DNA of 64,000 nucleotides from a virus: IMG/VR virus record IMGVR_UViG_3300031688_000003, positions 32,001 to 96,000 of that record; one strand, 5' to 3'. Shown piece by piece: positions 28,501 to 35,534 of this stretch (position 1 is its first letter; each line of letters starts with the position of its first letter). The notes under the pieces were generated by a model. It saw only the letters and a program-made list of their open reading frames with translations, ran no database searches and was not told where the DNA came from. The position numbers and the translations under genes were made by a program.

Positions 28501-30488
28501 ATATAGATGATGGTGGTTTTGGAGATGTAACACTTAACAACCAGATACCAGGTAACTATCTAAAATCTCTAACAAATAACAATGGTAGATTTAATCTAAA
28601 AAACCCCAACATGAATAGACAAAAAGGAGGATCACTACCAAAAGCTCAATTGCAATATTATGATAAAGCTAAAAAAACATATGATTTTGTTAAAGGATTA
28701 TGGACTGTTGCTAAGCCTGTTTCAAAACTTGTAATACCAGGAAGGTCAGCTACTGATGTGGCTCATAAAATAAAACCATTAATTAATAGTTACCAAAAAC
28801 CAAATTCTGCTGGTGTTGCAAGTTTGATAAATCCTAACTGGACTGTTGATGAAGGTGGATTATATGAAGGTATGGATAGTAGAGTTAGAACATTTATAGA
28901 ACCAGGCCAGTATGGAATAAATGAACCTATAAGACTAATGGATGGTAATACTAGATTTCATTATGGACAGAGTCAAGGAAAAGATTGGGACGAATGGTAT
29001 AGAACATTTCAGCATAATAACCAATCTTTATATCCAGAGATAGCTGAAAAAAATCTTACTCTTGAAAATGGAACATGGAGACCTAAAACACAGCTTGAAC
29101 TTGATGATGATATACCAACAGAAGTTTGGGATCCTGTACAACAGAAATTTGTTAAACAAAATTTGAAAACAAGACCCTTTGCTGATCCCACATCCCTATA
29201 TAGAGCTGTTAATGCTCCTGATATTCAAACTGCTGAAAAGTTTGGAACTACAATTCCTTCACTCAATTCTGGTGCAGATGGGAGAAGGACAGGATATACC
29301 GACTTACAAAAAAACACTCCATATGATGTTTTATTTACAACACCCAATGCAGGTTGGATAGGTGGTTCAGGTGTTGATGATCCATATAATTTATTTAATT
29401 TATATGCAAAAAAAGATCAAGGAAAATTTATAGTTAAAATGCCAAGAACAAATGGTGCTGTTGAGAGTTTAACTCAAATTAATAATAGGACAGATATTTT
29501 AAACAATTCTCAATATCCGTACAGTGGAAACACTGGTTCAGTTTGGAATGAAGCAACTGGTAAATTTGATATACCTACACATCTTGGTTCAGGTATATTC
29601 AATACAGTCTCTGGTAAGCCTGATTTAAGTTTAATACCAGAAGGATCAATTGTTAATCCAAATTATTCAAGTTTTAATGGTAACCAGATAACTCCAATAT
29701 TTGGAACAAAAGGAACAACAGTTAGAAACGCACAAGATGTATTACCAATAGAAGACTATTTCAAAAAACTAAAAGAAGATCCTAATTGGAAATTTAATAA
29801 AGGAGGATCTGTAAAAGCTCAATATGTAGGTGAAACTAAAGAAGATATAGATTGGACAGGTACAACTCAAGGTGAGATACCAAGCAATGAACCAGACTTA
29901 GATCTTTTAAAGCAAGGTGTTGGTTATGCTGAAAGTCTTAATGGTGAGTTGATGATTAATTCTCAATCTACTGCAACAGGATTATATGGTCAAAGATTTT
30001 CTGAAGTAAAGAAAGGTAAATTATATGATGGAACAAGAGAAGAATTTGCTGTAGATCTTGATGCTCAAAACTCTTTATTTGAACAAAGATACAATGGAGA
30101 AATAAAAGATATACCAGGATTAAAACAAAGTGGTATAGATCTATATGAAGAGTATAACACACAAATAACAGACTTTCCATACTCAACAACTGAAGTTGCT
30201 GCACTGGTAAACTTCATAGGTAGACAAGGTACAAGAGACTACCTAGGATACGTTCTAAGAGACGGTAATACATTAGAATCAGTATTCCCTACTAAGTATG
30301 GATCAAAAGCAAATCAGTCAAATAAGACTCCAAATGAATATATCACTAAATTTAATGAAGGTTTAAATATAAAAAAGAAAGGAGGTGAAGTAGATAAGCT
30401 TACTGAAAGATTGATAAAGAAATATGAAGAAGGAGGAACACTTACACCTGCAGGAACTAAACATTTAAAGTCTCTAGGGATGATATAA
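22599..30488 (+). CDS. Putative ejected polyvalent protein (2629 aa): cassettes separated by GG-SLxKAQ junctions, with several ART-like folds and a C-terminal lysozyme/lytic transglycosylase-like domain
   Basis: Seven junction motifs; LYRG/LYRY/VFRG/LYRA strands followed by aromatic-S/T strands; one ExE motif (EFE, 27516); a GYDAI motif; AES...STATGLYGQ near the C-terminus. It is coupled to the muzzle gene by TAATG. Confidence 0.65.
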   Translation: MAYSIDGYKRDSKDVKKPSNLIPSGNITMKGVDFPVMGTDNLGNQQLMQPGLDYQFPGSEVFEQPMQNLTQDKPKNQVKKRKVDRDNKLITNWTSEMGDVSSHKMTSMSFTDDDGNPIYVAIPMLFPTIEGQETPDPASWTQFAEGDEMSAFEMAMQRGEVYYFNSEQESHKFAKGSWKTPNLKKRDGGLIKHQDIGSNNHIINNRDLSDPNRKFMKPTINLSNYDELEETLGDTSWVDIMSKMSEEEFNNFVAPYSKRTDSLNNLKRFTGDERWWAGNLANVISDEEYAKANENRKWTRDNHRKGNLPNYSEVAPLGKSTEDVFYDAEKAYYNTPVHTKEELNADFDTAYPYTFNSVAGTDPLNKIPWKNEMKDDPEKWEGSWSDYIRSTDIQPDYYEIGDITLAEESNPFHFVYDGGDQDGETVNTAVPDKGIKDIQDVRSHDEYMKWYDHHKKSGVLNNKSKKDMDYWEALTDKDNNVWTSNFKYTDASPRYKELDFLENPNMNISDGERGRLSDRSEQSLSRFETLTGRDRKMYNDNHLNEMEYFNSIGIFETPLDKPIAYYPKEERMELMKVLNDYEKKQNSENTAWTIDYKNSEFYGKERTYKYGGSLPKAQLKQVKNAYALTKSLIKGKQLGKVLNKSLKLNEFIPKASKAPIIPKNKIAYVTPINTDVNINIGNDIISNNKTVNADNKFSLQSDVFKNKIPLTRVLSSKGLRFTDGKLFSSTEPHTHYKSDSRGEEFPLRLKSTNRNTTHWSYGHIGNPGHGGGSWSKKSTAIINDYENLSKSGLALDLDPTDTWFYSKGNFEIPANSLILTRDKTLYKKIKKETNITNIKLFENTNNEDFESIVNSYSTRGGKGAYTRPTDDMINPKDQFFNAGEGEMIMRDYMIKNYSKGDDVSLTQTADHYKPHQWQGHDFDWVHPFTGKKSGITTMHPDFDHSYMDLGDPFGGGQSKAHSGSPLSTIERMEYNWGDNMTTNHGLYSSNNRWGNGDRSGSLDILAKLPKTIQVNEMEKVMKTYKNQREGLRLQQELAELNGFKSYKEFKNSISKQEWLDFKRDGGSLNKAQWWNPKNAYALANTISKSFKPAKSLLPKPSFKNINYQKLLPFTESGSTLVPQTHMSSGKEGTSMDLSETLNSIYADNKPMWFGPTATSNRYRMTDDNNKFIPTIPGQGGLFQVGSGRLGNTGKPGFDEIPFTEATMPFGGLANDGYHLNLETGLPNYNDPLMDHKLLTKNAFQNKIDGVFNPNTKFKIFKSDLSKGNHAMHQKWSDKELAKIKADGYDAIQLVDQNGNQIENILLNKEKFKINKINDMDVHIDNPEFKYGGSLPKAQWYNLKNAYNIGKGLVNTIKSPFINDLVQGSNKLYRGIGPAGYNSAVNTGKILSNVNPTAVNEGAFNLTKNFGNKTFFTPNVETASKYGDGYIAEINNDVNDFSNRYNSDWSQFTTDPVFLSQSNIYKMNMLGNYKRILSQNTVGDHSKINFLDNVKLRTNYTSSTGLDYYGHRNVKHNIKGGWPTQLEVEKLKKDSGLTLTQDNLRSYVEKIGKVGGGKYPKTTLYRYGDMATNAAGNKDMGYYSADPLDPLRYSERADRTFNGSVFKIDVENELLPEFYKGIGFGNQGKEPGFQSGTLFKEFEVPEDFLGKFGNQQTFKTLSDYKKWLNTVKQSGGSLTKHQVPKLIKGALDLGKKVKNIISPKNVNSIIDWSKVSPAILANKNLLSEYADIEMATKANATWMKNDDGTSFWGTPQQFIQVNSEAFKNSYPEGYKRVFRGESGTLKLTDPLYSGAADIESGNKGIFTANEGLAKLYTNDYRLGSNSSILQLAIPSVSDGSKYLNINGLGNDWTDLSSIGTTKKTLELNIKNLENNIKKDAEGFQWASGSGSLESYDVNKHLQSYKDFYNNYDEIVANPIYKKLLEFKEAAWENDKILNGGNLAGRQSFGTGDVGDFMEKSGLNNIRLNYIDDGGFGDVTLNNQIPGNYLKSLTNNNGRFNLKNPNMNRQKGGSLPKAQLQYYDKAKKTYDFVKGLWTVAKPVSKLVIPGRSATDVAHKIKPLINSYQKPNSAGVASLINPNWTVDEGGLYEGMDSRVRTFIEPGQYGINEPIRLMDGNTRFHYGQSQGKDWDEWYRTFQHNNQSLYPEIAEKNLTLENGTWRPKTQLELDDDIPTEVWDPVQQKFVKQNLKTRPFADPTSLYRAVNAPDIQTAEKFGTTIPSLNSGADGRRTGYTDLQKNTPYDVLFTTPNAGWIGGSGVDDPYNLFNLYAKKDQGKFIVKMPRTNGAVESLTQINNRTDILNNSQYPYSGNTGSVWNEATGKFDIPTHLGSGIFNTVSGKPDLSLIPEGSIVNPNYSSFNGNQITPIFGTKGTTVRNAQDVLPIEDYFKKLKEDPNWKFNKGGSVKAQYVGETKEDIDWTGTTQGEIPSNEPDLDLLKQGVGYAESLNGELMINSQSTATGLYGQRFSEVKKGKLYDGTREEFAVDLDAQNSLFEQRYNGEIKDIPGLKQSGIDLYEEYNTQITDFPYSTTEVAALVNFIGRQGTRDYLGYVLRDGNTLESVFPTKYGSKANQSNKTPNEYITKFNEGLNIKKKGGEVDKLTERLIKKYEEGGTLTPAGTKHLKSLGMI

Positions 30489-30523
30489 GAATGGATATAA
30501 TTAGACAATGTCCTAATAATTTA

Positions 30524-30544
30524 GTATATTATAAGTGTATAGTG
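30524..30544 (+). promoter_or_regulatory. Putative phage late promoter motif GTATATTATAAGTGTATAGTG
   Basis: Intergenic, 23 nt upstream of ATG 30568. It is identical to 7298-7317 except for one inserted G. Confidence 0.55.
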
Positions 30545-30567
30545 CTAAATATTAATTAATTGAGCAA

Positions 30568-33500
30568 ATGGCAAAAGAATTTCCAGATAATAAAACTTTA
30601 GAAGTTTACCAGCAAGGTGGTGCTACTCAGAGTGTTAACTCATGTCCAGAAGCTATATCTGATGACATGATAAATATAGATAATAGAGAACGTTCTATTG
30701 TAAGATCTAACTATAGTAAATCAAATACAGAAAGCAAATGTGGAAATTGTATCTTTTTTGACATATCTAATAGGATAAAAAAGTGTGCAGATACTAAGTC
30801 AGATAATAAAGGATACTGCTGGGATCAAGAGTTTGTATGTGAATCTCAAAATATTTGTGATATGTGGGAAGAAGGTGGTCCAATCAAGTCTAACAAAGAC
30901 TCATATGCACAAGATGAATCCTCTAATGAGTTTGAACAAAATAAAGCAGAAGTTGAACAGATACAAACTCAGAAACAGATGCCTGTGTTTAATGAGTCTC
31001 AACAACAACCAATGGCTCCGCAACAAGGTGCACCACCTCAAGCAATGCCTCCTCAACAACAAGCTCCTGCACCACAAGAACAAATGCAACCTTCATTTGC
31101 ATATGGTGGATCTTTAAGGAAGGCTCAAGAGCAACATGAAACAAATCCTATAAATCCTGTAACAGGATTACCTTTTGAAGATGATATGTTGGCAGCAAAG
31201 AAAGAAAGAGATTTACAAGCTGCAAAAGAAAGAGAAGCAATATTAGCTCAACAAGGTCAAGATAATAATACAGATATATATGATGAAGCAAATCCTAAAG
31301 AAGCAGGTTCATCACTTAAAGATAAATATAAAAACTGGAGAACTAAAAGAGCAATAAAAAAATATCAAAAGAGTTTAATCCCAGAAGCTCCATTTATGAT
31401 GTATAACTCTGATCCTTCACAAGGTGTTCTAGGAGAGATAGGTAATTGGATGAAAAGTGCGAAGAAAGACTTTACTACTAATTGGGATAATAATAATAAG
31501 AAAAGTAACTATCAACAATTTAAAGTTTCAAATCCACATGATGATGTAAGATTCTTTGATCAAGATAATCCTGATGCACCACTGCTCAACTATGGCCAGA
31601 AGAATTCTAATGATTATAACAAGTTCTCTACTGACAGAACATCAGCATTTCCAGAACTATATCAAATATCATCTATGGATAATGAAGGTAACATAAGTTA
31701 CACAGGAGAGAAGTTGTTAGGGGATATGGTTGAAACAGAATACATGCCTGATGCTGTTCACATTCAACATACTGAAGATGGAACAGGAGTTACAGGAGCA
31801 TACATATATACTGGAATGAGTGATGCTGGAAAAAAAGAATATGAGTTTGTTCCTTTTGATAAAGAAAATCCTACTCAGATTTCAGTTGGACCATCTAAGC
31901 AAAAACGTGCTGAACAAGAAATGGCAGATAAGAATATATGTATAAATGCAGGTGGTGAATGGGATGCTGGAGTATGTACATATCCTGATGAGACAACTAA
32001 GAAAGATAATTTACAAAAGAAGAAAAATGAGAACTTTAAAAAGACACCATTAAATATAGAATTTGATAAAGATAAACAATTTGGAGGTACTCCAACATTT
32101 GCACATATGAGAGATGGAGGTTCTCTGTCAAAGTTTCAAAGTCAAAGTGAATGGACAGATGAACAACTAAAAACATATCTAAAGTTGCAAAATGAAATGC
32201 TTGTTACTGGTGGTGTTGATGGATCTAAAATTGATCTATCTAAAAAAGATACTTGGCCTAGTGTTAAATTTTCAGTTTCAGATGGTACATATAATACAAT
32301 GTATCCTTGGTTACCAGATATGTCTACTAAAGAAGGTAAGTCACAAATGTATAATTTACATAAAACTGCATCAGATAAATTTCCTGATCAAACATACATG
32401 CCTGGTGTATATTGGGGATCAGATGATGAAGGTGGTGCATATCCATATCTAAATGAAACTGTTGAGGGTAAAGAAGAAAGAGCACGTCATACTGCATCAT
32501 TGCAACGTGACTTTGCAACATTACAAGAAGCATTAGCATTTGCTAAAAAAGGTGGATATAATACTGAAGGCTTAAGTGTAAATGGTGTACCTATACAAAA
32601 CGTTAGTAATATAGGTAGTTCTGCCGATGACATAGACTATGGTGCAGAAGGGAACTTTAATAGAAGAAGGTTGGGTATTAATAGAAGTGTAGGAACAGAT
32701 GATTTAACAGGTACAGTTTATGATGCAGCATATAAACCATATCAAGAAAAATTACAAAAGGAATATGATAACCATTATGCTACTAAGTCTGGTGTAGATA
32801 ATTGGTCTATGGAAAAATTTATGAATGAGTATGATCATAGTGGATACAAGCAAGACTGGCAAGAAGTTACTGCAGATAACATGGAGGATGCTATAAATTA
32901 TTCAGGTAATCAAGCCTTTGAAGGTTCCATGGGAGGTTATGGTGGAGGTGCAATAGGATATAATTCTGGTAATAGTGAATACATTATAGGAAATGATACA
33001 TTACCTAATCCTCAATTTCAAGATCATGGAAGGAATAAAGAAATGACTACTGATATGGGTTATATACCAGGATTGGTTGGAGGAATGGGTGGATTAAAAC
33101 TAGGAATGAACTTAGCAAAATATGTAGGAGGTTTCAGTGTTCCTTATACACAAGGAGCACTTACTTTTGGTAATGTAGCTAATGGAATGATGGCAACTAA
33201 TGGTGTAGTTAACACTCTACCAACTGCAGTTAATAATTTTAAAGAAGGTGACTGGGAGGAAGGGTTGATGAATACAGCTTTTGGACTTGGTGAAATGACA
33301 GGGTTTGGAAATATGGGTACTAATATTTTACCAAAAACATTTAATCAAGTCAGAGGTCTTAACTCAACAATGCCTGCTTTAAATATTAAAGGTCAATCTA
33401 AAATTATGGAAAGTTTAAACGCAAATAAGAATTTGAGAACATTCAATGCAAATCCTCTTAGTAAAAGACCTTCACAGCTAGGTATACTTAAGGATTATAT

Positions 33501-35532
33501 GAAAACTAATTATACTAATAAGTTGATTAATCCTAACTTTGCCCCAAAAGTATTTCCAACTAACTATACTCAATTTCCAGGAGTTCCAGGGTTAAAATAT
33601 GGAGGCTCTTTACCTAAAGCACAAATACAAAATGGTGCACATGATGTAGCAGCTAATTATCAAGTAAATCCTGCACAGTTTGATTATGATACAAATATGC
33701 CTAAGGAAGGAGCAATTAGTGCATATGGAGATGTATGGCAAGGAGGACAATGGGTAGATGCTACTGTAGAAGAACAAGGTTTTAATACTCCTAATTCAGA
33801 ACAGTTTGGAAATGTAAAAACTGCATTCTCAGATGAGACAGGTGTTACAAACCGTAATGCAAATTATGATCCAGATAGAGCATATCCTTTTTCAGCAAAT
33901 GCAATAAACAAAGATATAAAATCTGCAGCAGCTAATAGCTTTGATGTAAGAAGAAAAGACATAGATATGAATACTTATAAACCTGAAGATGGTTCTATAA
34001 ATAAATCATATGGTGATATATATAATTCTGAGAGTGGAAACTTTGATGATAATCAATTTACACCAATGTTTGATCAAACAGATGATTTTGCATTTGAAGG
34101 AGATAATAATACATTAAGTAGAAGACAACTTAGAGATGTACGTCAAGATAATAGAAGACAAGCTAGAGCTGAAGATAAAGGCTTTGGATCTTATGAAGAT
34201 ATGCAAACTGATAAGAGTGAAAGAAAAGCAGAGAAAAGACAAAGGAGAAAAGATAAAAGAGATAGATGGGGTGAAACACCAGGGGCAAGGATGACTAATA
34301 AAGTGAATTATGCATTAGATAGTAATCTAGGTCAACTATTTCAAAAAGGATCTAAAGCTGCAGTAGAAGGAGCAAAAATTATAAATAATCAGTTTGATGG
34401 TTATAATGAAGATATGGAATCAGAAAAAGTTTTTGCTGGTAGATCAGCAGGATCTATGTATGGAGTAACAAGTTCTGATGCATTATCAAGAGGTGAACAT
34501 GATAAAAACACTGGTATTTTCCAACCAGATGATAAAGTAATTTCAAGATGGGGTAAGTATGGTACTGAACTACCTAGAGCACAAGGTCAAATGGAAACTG
34601 CTAGTATATATGATATACCAAATAAGGATGGTTCTTATAATGATCAAAATTGGTTTACAAAAGCTAATCATGGATTTAGTGAGGGGGTGTATAATGATGC
34701 ACAAAGAACAAATCATGGGGTGGCACCAATTGTAGGTGGTGGTATAATAGGTAAGATGGCAGACGTAAAAAGCATATATGATTTTGGTAAGAGTGCATAT
34801 GATGGTGTAAGTAATTGGATAAATGAAGAAGAGGTAGATGAAATTGCTGGAACACCTGAAGGATATGCTATGGATATGGCTAAGTATGGAGGTCACCTGA
34901 AAGCACAAAATCAAAAGGAAACTGGACTAAAAGAATTTTGTGTTAATGGACCAATAATTGATTCAGGAGGTAGAGTTTTTTCTCAATGTCAAAATAGAGA
35001 TTTTGATTCTAAGCATGACTTAAGTTTATATGGAACAATGTCAATGGGTAAATTAAATGATGAATTTACATCATCATTTGGATTAGCTCCAGGATATACT
35101 TTCAATCCTAGTGGAGGAACAAATGGTCTTAAAACATACGTTGGTGGAAACTATGGTTTACGTGCTACTGAAGATTCTAGTGTAGATGATGGATTGAATG
35201 GAACTACTGTGGATATGGATAATTATATGAAACTCTTGGCTTCAGTAGGATATACTGGAGAAGTAGGTGGTAACAATACTCAATATGGGTTTGGTGCTTA
35301 TGCTGATAAAGATCTAATGGGTGATAATGGTACTACTTATGGTGGCTATGCTAATGTTGGACCTGTTACTTTTAAGGGAGGAATCAATCCAAACACAGGT
35401 CCACAATTTTCTTTAGGTATAGGGGCACATCTTAAACAAAGAGGTGGTGAACAAAAACAAAAAACAGTAAGTGTAAATTCAGATATGTATTACGAATTAA
35501 TAGCTGCAGGAGCAGATATAGAAATTATATAA
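30568..35532 (+). CDS. Putative ejected multi-cassette protein (1654 aa): HiPIP-like Cys cluster, Q/P-rich linker, Gly-rich hydrophobic segment, C-terminal beta-barrel-like cassette
   Basis: Five GG-junction motifs; CGNCIFF...GYC...V...CDMW; alternating Gly/aromatic beta-strands at 35017-35433; located in the cargo-gene block. Confidence 0.6.
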   Translation: MAKEFPDNKTLEVYQQGGATQSVNSCPEAISDDMINIDNRERSIVRSNYSKSNTESKCGNCIFFDISNRIKKCADTKSDNKGYCWDQEFVCESQNICDMWEEGGPIKSNKDSYAQDESSNEFEQNKAEVEQIQTQKQMPVFNESQQQPMAPQQGAPPQAMPPQQQAPAPQEQMQPSFAYGGSLRKAQEQHETNPINPVTGLPFEDDMLAAKKERDLQAAKEREAILAQQGQDNNTDIYDEANPKEAGSSLKDKYKNWRTKRAIKKYQKSLIPEAPFMMYNSDPSQGVLGEIGNWMKSAKKDFTTNWDNNNKKSNYQQFKVSNPHDDVRFFDQDNPDAPLLNYGQKNSNDYNKFSTDRTSAFPELYQISSMDNEGNISYTGEKLLGDMVETEYMPDAVHIQHTEDGTGVTGAYIYTGMSDAGKKEYEFVPFDKENPTQISVGPSKQKRAEQEMADKNICINAGGEWDAGVCTYPDETTKKDNLQKKKNENFKKTPLNIEFDKDKQFGGTPTFAHMRDGGSLSKFQSQSEWTDEQLKTYLKLQNEMLVTGGVDGSKIDLSKKDTWPSVKFSVSDGTYNTMYPWLPDMSTKEGKSQMYNLHKTASDKFPDQTYMPGVYWGSDDEGGAYPYLNETVEGKEERARHTASLQRDFATLQEALAFAKKGGYNTEGLSVNGVPIQNVSNIGSSADDIDYGAEGNFNRRRLGINRSVGTDDLTGTVYDAAYKPYQEKLQKEYDNHYATKSGVDNWSMEKFMNEYDHSGYKQDWQEVTADNMEDAINYSGNQAFEGSMGGYGGGAIGYNSGNSEYIIGNDTLPNPQFQDHGRNKEMTTDMGYIPGLVGGMGGLKLGMNLAKYVGGFSVPYTQGALTFGNVANGMMATNGVVNTLPTAVNNFKEGDWEEGLMNTAFGLGEMTGFGNMGTNILPKTFNQVRGLNSTMPALNIKGQSKIMESLNANKNLRTFNANPLSKRPSQLGILKDYMKTNYTNKLINPNFAPKVFPTNYTQFPGVPGLKYGGSLPKAQIQNGAHDVAANYQVNPAQFDYDTNMPKEGAISAYGDVWQGGQWVDATVEEQGFNTPNSEQFGNVKTAFSDETGVTNRNANYDPDRAYPFSANAINKDIKSAAANSFDVRRKDIDMNTYKPEDGSINKSYGDIYNSESGNFDDNQFTPMFDQTDDFAFEGDNNTLSRRQLRDVRQDNRRQARAEDKGFGSYEDMQTDKSERKAEKRQRRKDKRDRWGETPGARMTNKVNYALDSNLGQLFQKGSKAAVEGAKIINNQFDGYNEDMESEKVFAGRSAGSMYGVTSSDALSRGEHDKNTGIFQPDDKVISRWGKYGTELPRAQGQMETASIYDIPNKDGSYNDQNWFTKANHGFSEGVYNDAQRTNHGVAPIVGGGIIGKMADVKSIYDFGKSAYDGVSNWINEEEVDEIAGTPEGYAMDMAKYGGHLKAQNQKETGLKEFCVNGPIIDSGGRVFSQCQNRDFDSKHDLSLYGTMSMGKLNDEFTSSFGLAPGYTFNPSGGTNGLKTYVGGNYGLRATEDSSVDDGLNGTTVDMDNYMKLLASVGYTGEVGGNNTQYGFGAYADKDLMGDNGTTYGGYANVGPVTFKGGINPNTGPQFSLGIGAHLKQRGGEQKQKTVSVNSDMYYELIAAGADIEII

Positions 35533-35534
35533 TT

